The notes beneath the pieces were generated by a model. It searched no databases. It saw nothing but the letters and a program-made list of their open reading frames with translations, and had not been told where the DNA came from. From Takakia lepidozioides (lineage: Eukaryota; Plantae; Bryophyta), in contig CM060731.1 of assembly GCA_030704615.1 (NCBI GenBank), positions 3,224,001 to 3,288,000 on the forward strand: a stretch of 64,000 nucleotides of DNA, read 5' to 3'. Of the stretch, positions 26,911 to 39,542 are shown one piece after another (the stretch's first letter is position 1; every line of letters starts with the position of its first letter). The position numbers were made by a program, and so were the translations under genes.

Positions 26911-29900
26911 ACTCAGAGATTGGAATTTGGTAAAAGAGTTAGAAGTTTATATTAACAGGAAAGCCCACTTTGCTATTTTCACGAATTTCTGGCGACCAAA
27001 AGTACTTGAAATTCCATATCTTCCACACCGTAGGTCCAAAAATCATGAGACCAATCCGGTGCACCTCTCCTCATCGAGGACTTTCCAACGGTACCAAAAT
27101 CCTGGCCAGAGGTCCCACAGTTTGGGAGATCTCAACTACGCTACAAACAATATTGTGAACACCAATATTTTAAAAAAACCCATTTTTTTTATTTTTTTCC
27201 CCGACAAACACTCACAAATCAGCCTACCCCTTAATAAGAGTAGAAATAACAAATAACCTCTTTCTTGCTGTGAGGCGCTCCACCGAAAGAAGGCAAGATG
27301 CACCATGATCACATTGGTGGTTCTATGTAATTCACCTACTAACTAGTGGTAAGGATCGTAGAACCATTAAAGTCTCCAAAACGACAATTGTATGACATGA
27401 TGATTGCAATCAGCATCGTCATTTTGCTCTTGTGAAGACTGCAAAATTGTCACACGTGTGTTATACGTGGCTTAGAAATTCGGTAAAATAATTTGGGGGA
27501 TGCTTTGTCGTATGTGGATGACTTGTCATAGGATTTTATAGACAGATAAAGGAGTACAATTTTTGAATGAGATGTTTTCAATCAATCCTGGTATTGTGAA
27601 GTCATTATGATATTATATATAATCAAAACATGACATCAACTACAAATGCACTTTAGCATAGAGAGCTAAGATCACAACTATGTGTATTAATTATGTTAGC
27701 TCTAACCCCCATGCTCCAGGGATACTGCCTGAATCCTCCAAAAGTACCTTCAGATTGTACTCCTCCATTAAGTTTTAGTAAAATGTGAATATTGTTCTCA
27801 AAAGTCGTCATTAGTAGTACAGAGCAACTTTGCGCAGCCCCACTTCTAGTCACAACTGAAGGTCCGAAACTAGTTTTAGTGTGAAGCGGGAATAGGGTAT
27901 TATAGTTCCACGTCATTGCCCACATTTCTCTTGAAACTACCAGGACATAATAAGACATCATATCTGCCACATCATCATCGTATACATTCTTGAAGTTGCC
28001 CGGATTGCCTGGAACTAACAATAATAATAATAAGCTGAATTATGGAAATCATTTTTGTCAAATCTGCTCTAATACTTCTTTCTTTCTTTCACTGGAAATG
28101 AAAGAAGTAAATCCACTGGATGTTAAGCAAACTTTACATTTTTTTTCACATATTCAATGTAAATGTTACAGCACTTCCAAATATTACCGTGATTTCGTCA
28201 TAAACATGTTTCATTTTACTAATATTTTATGATAGTGCATGTAAATATGATAACAATAATAGCTAATGAAATATCAATATTAAATTTTTGGACAATTAAA
28301 AATATAATTTTATATAAGTTTAATATAAGTTTATTAATACATTATAATTACACATCAATCAAATCAAAAAATTGAAGAATCATGGTTTTCAGGGTTTTCT
28401 CTTACAATATAACAACATCGCGTGCCATTTCATGCATTTCAAAGGCTACTGCAGGCATTCGCTGCTAGTTCTCTGAATCTGCCTATGATCAGAACAATCT
28501 TGTCTATAGTGTCTCATTTGCTCACAAGACAACGCAACATCCCTCGGCTTAAGCAACGAAGCGAAAATAATATCGATGCAATGTAGAATATGAAGTCTGC
28601 CTTGACACTCTCTGAATCACTATGGATTTTTATTTTTTTTCTAAATTGCTCATGAGATTTCCACACGATGGCCACCTGACGAGCCATATAAACTATTAGC
28701 ACAACCTGTCACGCATGCATGAATATATCATGCAACAGATTTCATTCCTTACAAATACAGACGGAATATTCCAGTTACACTTGTCTCGATGTAATTCGGA
28801 GCTATGATGCTGCCTAGCATCCCTATTTCTATATGCACTTGTCCATCAATGACTCAGTGCATTTTTGAAACTTGCTTCTCGTCAGTGTATGTGATCTCAA
28901 ACATCTTTTCATTCATCTAAACAAACCTGCATATATCTACACATATCAATGCTCCTTAAAACTGTGTACTTTGTGAGTTGATCAGAATCGTGCATGAAGA
29001 AAAATCGTTTGTGTAAGTTTGACCGCCTATTTTGCTTCCTCGAGGGTCTGTTCTACCTTTCCTCAGAGATTCTCAATGACCTCCGTTAATTTCATACGAG
29101 GGATATGCACACAATAGATGCCCTGAACAAGGAATTGCCATGGTGTGATCATACATGTTAGAAGGTCAAGTCTAGAGCTTGCAAAGTGCCCCAATAACCT
29201 CGTCAAGATTGAGCCTTGTTTCCTACTCTCATCAAGTAGACGTCTTGGATGAATTTTTGGGTCTATCATTCATTAAATTGTGCATGTTTAACATGTAGTT
29301 AACAACAAAGACACGTTGCTAGCAATGCATGTAGAGACCAACTTTCTGCAATGAGCAGCTTGCCAGAGGGATTTGGGATTGAGAGTGGAGACAAGCAGAA
29401 CAAAGCGAGAGTGGAGAGAACAAAGTGAGAGGGAGAGAACATGTTTTACGAGGGTAATGTTGGTACAATTGGAGGAGGGTCGAGTACATGAGATCTTGTT
29501 TCAAGCATCAAGACATACGTGACACTGATCGATAGTGGAGAGAAACATGCTTCACTACGGTACGACACAAGATCCTTCCTCCGACTCTTGGATTTATGTT
29601 CTTCTGGTTTTTCTTCCCGTCATGATCTGCTCTCCATTTCCTGTCGAACTGAATTTTTCATTTTCACTGTGAGATCGTGCTATATGAGATCGCATTTTAC
29701 ATACGGCTTTCTCGAGTTCCAGCACAAATACCTCAACTAGAATCAACATGTATTCCTTGGCACCTATACATGGTACTGGAACATGCCAAATCGTGTAAAT
29801 TAATTATCACCAAGAAGAGTCTTGGTGCGTGGGTGGGGGTCTCTTTGAGCTTTAGCTTAGCAAAAGTCACTGATGTGGGTACAGAGTAAATAGCGTGTAC

Positions 29901-29948
29901 ACATATCTGTAATTTAATAAACAAGATCTGATCTTTACATGCTTGCAA

Positions 29949-31980
29949 AGCTTAGGATCTGAGGGGGATTCCTAAACCGTGAGCAGAAAATTCCGCGAGC
30001 AGAATTCTGCTCACGCTTTTGGATGTCCTCACCTATAACCGCGGACACCTATTCGGCTTAGAGGACCTATTACTGCGGGTAGTGTCCAGTATAACATGCA
30101 TACCAATTCAACGTTATGGATGAATGACGGATGAATGATGGATGAATGGCACATGGATTAATGTAGTTTGTGATTGAATGCAAAATTTAAAAGCATTTTT
30201 TAGTAGTGGTTGCCAAATCCCCTAAGCTCCAGAGTAAACCTCTGTCAGAGGGTTGTGGTTGTCCTTTCACCCAGTATCCTAAGTCGAGAGAGATGCTGAC
30301 ACCCAATTGCAAAGAAGGTGGAGAGGCCATTTGGTGCTTTAATATACATCGTTTGAAAACAGCCGATTCATTCCGACAAAGAATATCCACTACTACTGGA
30401 GTCGGAGTCCAAAACGAAGGAGAGGATTTTGTGCAGAGCTTTGTTGTCATGTCCTTCTTCCATGTGACCAAAAATGCATGTTGGGTAAATGCCAGGTCTT
30501 TTGCTTGCAAAGCAGGGGTTGGGTTCATTTGCAAGTTTTTCAATTTTTATTTTTATTTTTATTTTATTTTATTTTTCCCCGAATGTGCCAGATTAAGGTG
30601 TCGTCAACAACACCTTAATCTACCGTAATCTGGCTAGTCTTTTGGTGTGTTATTTGGGGTGAATGGCATCTACAAATTGCTCGGACCACATAACTTCTGA
30701 TTCGTTGTCATGTCATTTCTCCATGTGACCAGAAATCTATGCTGGGTAAATGCTAGGTCTTTTACTTGCAAAGCAGGGGTTGGGTTCATTTGCAAGTTTT
30801 CCAATTTTTTTTTTTAATTTATTTTTTCCCGAATGTGCCAGATTAAGGTGTCGTCAACGACACATTAATCTGGCTGGTCTTCTAGTGTGTTATTTGGGGT
30901 GAATGGCATCTACAAATTGCTCGGACCACGTAACTTATGATTCATTGTCATGTACTTCTTTTATGTGACCATAAATCCATACTGGGTTAACGGTCTTTTG
31001 CTTGCAAAGCAAGGGTTGGGTTCATTTGCAAGTTTTTCAAAAAAAATAAAAAAAATAAAAAAATAAATTATTATTATTATTGTTATTATTATTATTATTT
31101 TTCCCCGAATGTGCCAGATTAAGGTGTCGTTGACGACACCTTAATCTGGCTGGTCTTTTGGTGTGCTATTTGGGGTGAATGGCATCTACAAATTACTCTG
31201 CTTATGATTCGTTGTTATGTCCTTCTTCCAGGTGACCAAAAATCCATGCTGGGTAAACGCCATGTCTTTTGTTGCGAAGCAAGGGCTTGGTTCATTTGCA
31301 AGTTTTCAAAATAATAATAATAAAATAATAATTTTTTATTTTTATTTGATTGTCCCCGAATGTGCCAGATTAAGGTGTCGTAGATTAAGGTGTCGTCAAC
31401 GACACCTTAATCTGGCTGGTCTTCTAGTGTGCTATTTGGGGTGAATGACATTTACAAATTGTTTGGCTTATGATTCGTTGTCATGTCCTTATTCCATGTG
31501 ACCAGAAATCCATGTTGGGTAAACGCCAGGTCTTTTGCTTGCAAAGGAATGTGCCAGATGAAGGTGGCGTTGACGCCAGCTTGATCTGGCTGGTCTTTTG
31601 GGCCGGAATATTCAAGCTGCCGCCAAATTAAAATACACTTATTTAAACTCAACAACACATGGATCCCTGCGCACATGTTGTTGCAGTCATCCAAGGTTCA
31701 CTCATCTGGGCAATTTTTCATCCGATTCATCCGACAGTTTTTCATCGCACATTTGTGCCTTATTGTCGTCATGGAGTCTGTCTGTCTGTCTTCGGTCCGA
31801 TGGAGAGAAGATTGTGCCGTTGTAGTGGAGTTTGTGTCCACGGCAATAGGCCCACTTGTTCCCTCGCTTTTAGGGTCCACATCAATAATCTGCTCACGCT
31901 TACAATCTGCTCACGCTTGGGGGAATCTGCTCACGGATAAAAGAATCTGCTCATGCCTTTGCTGCCCTCGGATCTGAGCT
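29949..31980. mobile_element. Non-autonomous TIR DNA element enclosing a tandem array
   Basis: Left end agcttaggatctgaggg..gattcctaaaccgtgagcaga; right end tctgctcacgcttgggggaatc...ccctcggatctgagct, in inverted orientation. Subterminal tgagcaga/tctgctca motifs are repeated. No TSD or ORF was identified. Confidence 0.65.
30440..31600. repeat. About five ~240-270-bp tandem units, each with a long hairpin ccagattaaggtgtcgt-nn-acgacaccttaatctgg
   Basis: Units start near 30443, 30704, 30945, 31211 and 31477. Hairpins lie near 30588, 30838, 31114, 31365 and 31554. Confidence 0.9.
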
Positions 31981-32136
31981 GTGGCAAGTTCTGACAACGT
32001 CGACGTGTTTTGTTGGGGTGGGCAGTATTGGCAACCAAGGACTTTGGGGTGACAGATACCATAAGTATAGTTGAAATCAACCAACCTATTGAACATGTCA
32101 GCTATATACCGAGTTATAATGTACGATTGAATATTG

Positions 32137-33057
32137 TATAATAGTCTTGAATCTTTCCGGATCTTCCAAACATGACAAACATTGAACTTTCCAGTAAAGA
32201 GACATCCAAGACTATGACTTAAATATGAACATGCTTAGACTTGTGTGTGAAACAGGTGATCGTGGAAAACACAAACGAAGGGGTGGACTATAGCTTAGAG
32301 TGTACATGTGACTCTCAGCACCCAAAAGGTAATACATGTCCACACTCGTTTGTCGGACCTCATTCTTGGTAATTGGTTTGTTTCTCGTGATGCCAGAAAC
32401 TGTTTCATTCTCTTGAATGTTATATTATGTGATGTGAGGATCATACTCGACATAAGTTTGCCTCAAAGTATACTATAGATACATTTATGATAGAGTCTAA
32501 GTTCAAAGTGTCCGAGCCTACCTTAGTTACAAATTTTAAGTGTGTCCTTGGGAGTCTACTATTTTAAGAGTACAATAGTTTCAGTTTAAGCTAAGATAGT
32601 TTCGAGTTAGTGTGTATGTATTTGGTATGTAGTTTGTTTCAAAGTATAATTATATAGTCTTGAATCTTTCGGGGTCTTCCAAACATGGCAATATTGAATT
32701 TTCCAGTAAGGAGACATCCAAGACTATGACTTAAATGTGAACATGTTGGACCTATGTGTGGAACAGATGAACGTGGAAAACACAAACGGAGGGGTGGACT
32801 ATAGCTTAGAGTGTATATGCGACTCTGGGCACCCAAAAGGTAATGCCTGTCCATACTCGTTTGTCAGATCTCATTCCTGGTATTTGGCTTGTTTCTCGTG
32901 ATGCCAGAAATAGTTTCGTTCTCTTGAATGTTATGTTATGTGATGTGAGGATCATACTCGACATAAGTTTGCTTCAAAGTATATAGATACATATTTTATA
33001 AAGTCTAAGTTCAAAGTGTCCGAGCCTACCTTAGTTATAACTTTTAAGTGTGTCCTC
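32137..33057. repeat. Direct duplication of a ~410-bp unit (32137-32547 and 32652-33057)
   Basis: atagtcttgaatcttt...agagacatccaagactatgacttaaat...ttttaagtgtgtcct occurs twice with scattered substitutions. Confidence 0.9.
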
Positions 33058-34159
33058 GCCATAAATACTTTTGTTTATATATTATTTTGTCTCTAAAGCA
33101 TACACGATTATCCAGTAAAACATGTTAGGTAGATATAGATCTTCCATTGCGTTTTGTCACACAAGCAATGTTTGGACAAATAATATTTAAATTTCAGTTT
33201 GCTTTAAGCATATAACAGATTGTAATGCAGACAATGAATGTATGACAAAAATGGATTTGTGGTGGCAGTAATGTTGTGATTTGTTCGATTGGAGCTCAAG
33301 GATTTTGTTTTGACCTTTTGCAAACTTATCAGGTAATCCAACTCTATTGATCATAATGGATCTATGCTCAAGAGGCAGTCACTGGGGCGTCCTGGGTAAA
33401 ATATGATGGCCAAAGCTAGCATGCTTGACTGTTTTTTTTTTGTCTATAAGAGTAAATAATGTGAGGATTTTGAGGACACGAAATGTTATTCTATCTTTTC
33501 TAAGTAATAGAGCAATTACAGTTCTTTGTTTCATTGATGGAGATTAGTAGGTGTGTCTGAGTAAACTGAACGTGAGAGAGAGAGAAGACTCCGGCCAAAG
33601 CCTGCGTAACTAAGAGCCACTTCGCCTTACGGCTACTATCCCCTTTCGGGGGTGGGCCCTATAAAAGACTGAATGTGACAAGTAGTTTAGCCGTAAAATT
33701 ATTCTATATTCATTGTGTTTTGTTGTCATACGATCAATGGGTAGTAATCTTGAGCAGATACATTGCAGAAATCACGATTTGAAAAATTACACTATAGGAA
33801 CCTCAAGTAACAGATAAATTGATGGATTGATAGTGATGCAATTTGTGTTTATGACGACTTTTTCTTAGTGTGATCTCTAAAGCCATGGGCTTCCTTGAGT
33901 CTTAATTGTGGGTTTTGGATTTTTCGTGTCGTTCGTGGAGATTACGTAGACAGAAAGTGGTACACGCCATTACCTAGATACACATTGTTGTTCGAAAGAT
34001 TATTTCGATGTACATATGTTTATATAAATGTATATTTTTTGATGGATTTCAACTGTATGTTCAAATTAATCTCAACACATTGTTTGTTGGAGTTCTACAA
34101 ATAACTTATGTTTCGTTTCTTTTGCTTGTGTTTCATAGAATGAAAAGATAGGGTGGATC

Positions 34160-34815
34160 TGTAATCACGACAATTGATACTTTGACCCCTAATCTTCGAG
34201 GCAGCACCTTTGAAGGGCGTATCCTTAATCGGAAAGCCGGCCGATGTTTCTACATTGTGATCTGGACTGATGAGGATGGATTCAGCACAGTCACTTTGAC
34301 TTTGGAAGAGCTTCTAGCCAATGTGCATTCTCACAAGCTTTAAGTGGAAAATCATATCCGACTGGAAAGTTTTTCAATCAAGCCCAAGTCTAAATTTTGC
34401 ACATGATGACTGTCCGTACATGCTCATTCTGTCGTCTCCCATGTGTTGTTGGCATATCCTACATCCACACTCGGCCCTATCCGTTTTCAAACCCTCATAA
34501 AAATTCAATTCGGAATGGTGAAAGCAGGGATATGACTTTTTAAATACATTTCAAACAATGAGATGACCATAACACTATAGGCCGCAATGTTCTCAAATAT
34601 TTTGCATAAGTTTCAAGTGCCACGAATGGACGAAACACGCACCTCAACATTAATAAGACATAGGGATAATTGGTGCTCAGTTCTTCAGGTACTGACAGCA
34701 TATAAATTGACTTTGTGCAAAAAATCTGACAAGGAAGACCCAATGACACAAATAAACATTATTCCCGATCCACGCCTACTGACAGCTTGGAAAAAGAAAT
34801 GGGCAAAGACATGAT
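34160..34815 (+). pseudogene. Degenerate RPA70-like OB-fold (ssDNA-binding) gene, possibly Helitron cargo
   Basis: Manual translation ITTIDTLTPNLRGSTFEGRILNRK..FYIVIWTDEDG..HKL*VENHIRLESFSIKPKSKF follows the RPA1 DBD-A pattern (I..LTP...W....RV.NK..L.DESG..). A later TQINIIPD resembles the (I/V)NPD motif that ends DBD-B. Confidence 0.55.
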
Positions 34816-35784
34816 CTGCAACATTAAGTCATGCTATGATTAGTGCTGAAATTGCTAGTGGTTAACCAAACACTTGTTCCTCCATTGTTACCATACCTAC
34901 GGCTCTGCAAGTCGAAAGCTTTTCCAGTCTCTGCATCAGGGATGTCTATCGCAGTGCCCTAATTTGGTTCTCGCACTATGGCAACAATAGGATTACCGCT
35001 GGTGCAAACAACTATCCCTGCAAATTCCTTTGACCTAGCACCAGACACTTCCAGAATTGTGGGTACTGATGCTCTCTCTCCCTCCTTTGGAAATCTACCA
35101 TCCAAAATGAATTTCCCACATTCCACTCTTTCTCAATCACTCAAAATATTTTCCTGCTATGTAAACGAGCTGCACACAATATAACTACCCAGCACAACCT
35201 CACGAACCTCGTGCATACGCAAAACTATTCATCCAAGGCATTTTATTCATCACAAATACGGATGGAATATTCCCATTACACGTTTCTCGATTTCATTCGA
35301 AGCGTAATCGGAAGTATCGGTGCTAAGCGTCAAAACCCATTGTGTAGTCCTACCTTAGGGCAGGGCCAACCAATTCATATTGAAAATGAAATGAACATCA
35401 TCATCGCTTATCAACATCGTTAATACACCCAAAAATATTGTTACGGCATAAAGACAAAATAACGTATAAATGGAAAATGGATGGAATAATGTATGAAGTT
35501 AATGCACGCGTGTGTGATCTTTGTCAAAGATGGTAGGCTAGGTAGTCTCCGACATATTGAATCTTTCACACCTTCTCTTTAGAGTAACATGGAATTGAAG
35601 GGAGTGTAACTTCAATTCGGGTAACAGTGGTTGGGTCATAGAGAGGGAATGTAAACTCCGATCAGGTTACACGGTAGGGAATATAACTCCACTCACTGTA
35701 ACTCCCCGAAATTTGACCAAGTCCAAATTTGGCTAAGTTTAAAATGGAATTTTTCCTCGCTTCTCTAATTTGAGTAACATGGCA

Positions 35785-36281
35785 TGTAAGGACTGGATTC
35801 CGACCTGCTTGCTTATTGGGCATGAATGAATGACATTGCGGAGGAGATAAGATGACGGCGCTCATCCATGGTAACGAATGGAGCATAGGATGATTTTTTC
35901 AGCTTGATATGTTTGTCTTTTAGTTAACAGTTAGATTAGGGATTAGATTAGGTGATGTGGCCGAAATGAGTGGCTTAGCTGGAGAGACATTTGGCTAACC
36001 AATGGCAGACAACCATTTGGTCTAGATAGGATTACAGACTTAAGTACTATATAAATCAAGCACTCAATGGATCTGGGTGGTGGATTTTGAGCACAAGTGA
36101 GTAGTGTGTACTGTTGCTGTGATTGATTGTATGTATAAGCATTTGGATGAATGTGAGTTGGTAAAGGGCTTTCTAAGCAACAGATCCCTTCCTAGTTAGC
36201 GAAACATTGCCTTACTGAGCTACAACCCTCCTATAGGTAATACCGGACTAGAAGGGGAATATATCCCCGGCCCCGGAATCT
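35785..36281 (+). repeat. 5' LTR
   Basis: Starts tgtaaggactgg and contains tatataaa. It matches 42990-43085 plus 48442-49027 and is followed directly by a PBS. Confidence 0.85.
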
Positions 36282-36292
36282 TGGTGGAGATG
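36282..36292 (+). promoter_or_regulatory. Primer-binding site, probably for tRNA-Ala
   Basis: tggtggagatg lies immediately after the LTR and is complementary to the 3' end (..catctccacca) of eukaryotic tRNA-Ala. Confidence 0.65.
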
Positions 36293-36322
36293 GGCGGCAT
36301 TGCGAGAAACTATTGCTAACAG

Positions 36323-37226
36323 ATGAACTTGTATCATTTTTGTGGCACCTGTTTTGGCAAAAAGATACAATGTGCAAAGAAGAAGCAGGATGGCGGCGCT
36401 CTGTGTTCGTGGTTTGTTTCTAACTGTCTCTACTCTGTGCAAACCCGCGAACTGTGTCTGCGTTGCACGCCATGGCCGCTCCTTCTAGCTCAATCTGTTT
36501 GTCCACAGGTCACGATTGACCTAAATTTTGAGTTAACATTTTTGCATGAGTTGCGTACCCGCTTGAGTGAGGATATTTGTAAGTACGCCCCTTTTGATGC
36601 CAGTGAACCTTGGACAAGGGAGGAGATCGGGCTTGATACTCCATCTGACCACTGGGTCGCTCAGTTTGAAGCTAAGGCGGCAGAAGAAGCTGCAAAGGTG
36701 GTGACGACAGCAGCCCAAAAGAGGGAGCAGAAACGGAAGGTGGAGCAAGCTCTCCAAGGGGCCGGCCTGGGCTGGGAAACTTTTACAGGAGTTGCACACG
36801 GAGGAAATAGCCAAGAGAATCCCTTTTGCTGTGCTTAAAGAACGCATGCGAGCTGGTGAGTTGTTCAGCTGGGCAGAAGTTGGAGTGCCCAAGTTTACGG
36901 TATCTCGTGAGATTGGCCGTGATCTAGAGAGTTTTGCACACCCTCACAAGCCCAGCCCTCTCAGACTGTGGGAATTCATCAAGGGTGGCACGACGATTGT
37001 CTTTGCCAATCTGCGCTCAGCAGGCACTAAGGCCCCTGACCCTACCTGGGAAGAGGTCGTGGCGGGCGTTCACGCACAACGATTCACGCATTCGGCAGAG
37101 GACATCGTCAAGTTCGAACGCATAGGGCTGACACAAATTGATGCGGCGGCTGAGTACCCTCCTCACATGCTGGTGGTCAAAGAGAGTGTTGTACGCACCA
37201 TTGTGAAAGGTCTCCTTTTGGCTTAA
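36323..37226 (+). pseudogene. Additional ORF of unknown function between PBS and gag (frameshift near 36790)
   Basis: Two overlapping protein-like ORFs (171 and 144 aa) with a coiled-coil-like EAKAAEEAAK..KREQKRKVEQAL segment. No motif recognised. Confidence 0.5.
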
Positions 37227-37368
37227 TACTGACCGTGAGGTTTGGCAGCAATTGGGGGAGGCAGTTTATCTTTTGCCCAAGCATAAGTACATCAGCAGCC
37301 ACTGTGTGGCTAATTGGGAAGATTATATACAGGCCCCTTTTGATAGAAGGTACTCTTAAACCCTTCCC

Positions 37369-38700
37369 ATGCCAGTTTACACTAGGTCTATGTTGGACAA
37401 AGAGGCTGAAGAAATGGTAGCTGGTCTGAGCGAATTAGAGGCTCGTCGAGACAGAGAAATGGCTGCTGAACAGCATAAGGACACACAAGGTGAGACCTCC
37501 GTGGGTAACGTCAAAACTGACAAAGCAAATGTTGTGCCGGACTCTACTTTAGATGTAGAGGAACTTTGTGAGGCCATGGGTGTGGTGTCCAATTGTCCAC
37601 CTTTAATGAAAATGTTGATTCAGCATAACACCTATGTATCCACCGCCATTAAGTCCCCTGACTATGCAAAGAAAATGCACAAACAACCCTATCCTGACTT
37701 CAACCTAGGAGATGACTTTGAATCGTTCTTGGACTTCTTTGACATCAGTCGTGAGATCAATTCAGTTCCATCTAGGTTTGTTGTGAAGGCTTTCCGTGTG
37801 TGCTTGAAAGGTGAAGCCCGAAAAATCTTTGAGTCCAGTATCAAGGGCAAAAGTTAGCTTCCTTGGGAGGAAGCCAAGGCTTTGGCAGGCCGCTTGTTTC
37901 GCGAGGCGAAACCCATAGCTTACATAGTGCCCGAACTAACTTTTGTTCCTGGTGACAGTTTGTGGAAATATTACACTAACCTTCGCATGGCAGTTTGTAA
38001 GGCTGTGGATGACACTGAACGATCAGCTATCATTAAACATTGTTTTATCAAGGGCCTGCCACCAACTGAAAGAGTCTTCTTGCAAAAACAACATTATCAT
38101 CATAAAGACGAAATGGTGGGACTGTTGGAAGAAAGGCTTAGATTAAAAGCTGCCAAGAGTGGCGTGCCTCATTCATCCCCCACCAAGGCAACCCACTTTT
38201 TGGCTAACTCTGGCGGTACTGACATTGCTGATGCTCATATTGGGGGTAAGCCTTGCACAGAGGAGCTGCTTCCTGCCATAGTCCAGGAGCTGCACCAGTT
38301 TCGCAATGAGGTCCAAGACCAACTTTTAGCCATGAAGAGTGAAGTCAACTGGTGGGCTTCGAATGCTGACTCAAAAGACCCTCAAGGTCAAGGTAACAAG
38401 TCCACTGGCTTGCGTGGAAAACCTCCCACAGGTCCAAGGTATGTGAACCGGGCTTCCTTACCTGCTTGCATGATTTGCAAATCTACTGAGCACTACACCA
38501 GATGGTGTCCCTTTCAGTCAGATTTACCAGCTCAAAGAGAAAAAGGGTTTAAACAACGGAGGTCGTTTGTGAGGGTGCCAGGCGATCACAACCTGAACCC
38601 TAAAACTATGGTAAGCGCGGTCCTTTCCCAAGATTTCAAATTGTTGCATTGTGAATCGCTTCGCAGACCCAGTAAGCTCCGTGTTCACCCTCTTATGACC
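37369..38700 (+). pseudogene. Ty3/gypsy gag
   Basis: DDFESFLDFF, CLKGEARK, HCFIKGLP and a zinc knuckle CMICKSTEHYTRWC. One in-frame stop at ~37855. Confidence 0.8.
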
Positions 38701-38702
38701 CA

Positions 38703-39143
38703 ATGCCATGTTGGTCATTTGTCCTTTCCTGCATCATTGATACTGGTTGCACGATGTCTGCCATTCCCCTCAGTGTTGTTCGTGTGTTGGGACTTAAGCT
38801 GCAATCTGCTAAAGGGCTGGAAGTCACCATTGCAGATGGCACGGCCTATGAACCTCTTTGCCTCGTTACTTTACCTGTTCGCATAAGTAGCAAGACTGTT
38901 ACTCTCACCTGCATCATCATGCTTGGTGAGCAATTCTTACTTGGCTTAGACTGGATGAAGGAAGCAGAAGCCAACATAGATCTGATGGACAGCACTATGT
39001 GTCTTCACAATGGAGAAGGCCACCCCTACAAGGTAAGCCTTTCCCCTGTTTCCCTTGCGTTGGGCACCTCGATGGCCAACTTTGCCAAATTAAAACTACA
39101 GGCTGCTAGCATGCGGGAACATGTGGGTTTGAATTACAATTAG
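38703..39143 (+). pseudogene. Retroviral-type aspartic protease
   Basis: IIDTGCTMSAI active site, IADG flap and FLLGLDWM. Confidence 0.85.
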
Positions 39144-39249
39144 GCTCAATTTAGCCAATATGAAGCTGCTGATGGCTGCCTTCATCAATGGCAGTTCCCC
39201 TCCCCAGGTCAGAAGAGTGGCCCCCCTTTACCTGTTCCCAAGAATATCA

Positions 39250-39515
39250 TGTTGCTATGATCCCCTATTGACTTTGTGCTACCTGCGTTCTCTCAGCATT
39301 AGTGCCGTCTGGGTTGGCCTTTGTCTGCCCTAAGGGTCACTTTCTGGAAGTTGAAGGGTGGCGAAAATTGACTTTCCAAAAACACTGACTGGTGGCAGCA
39401 GGGGTTATTGATAGGGGATTTAAGGGTGAGGTGCGGCTCTTGATTGCTAACCCTGAACGAATGCCTGTGACTGTGCGGAAGGGACAGGTGCTGGCGCGTC
39501 TTTCTACCATTCCTC
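39250..39515 (+). pseudogene. dUTPase-like domain between protease and RT
   Basis: Manual translation of ~39389-39514: LVAAGVIDRGFKGEVRLLIANPERMPVTVRKGQVLARL, matching trimeric dUTPase motifs III (GVIDxDYRGE) and IV (KGxRIAQL). Confidence 0.75.
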
Positions 39516-39542
39516 TCTCGGACTACTTCGATTCAGCGCGCC

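Noticed and set aside
25560-28470. Helitron boundaries (CTAG ends near 27342, 27870 and 28465; ccacgtca motifs)
   Set aside because: The region looks TE-derived, but no matching 5' TC end or subterminal hairpin could be assigned with confidence.
30440-31600. CRISPR-like array (palindromic ~36-bp repeats at regular spacing)
   Set aside because: The intervening ~230-bp segments are themselves copies of each other rather than unique spacers. The context is eukaryotic and no cas genes are present.
34262-34310. Hammerhead ribozyme core (ctgatgag)
   Set aside because: There is no stem II or GAAA partner, and the sequence is explained by the TDED codons of the OB-fold pseudogene.
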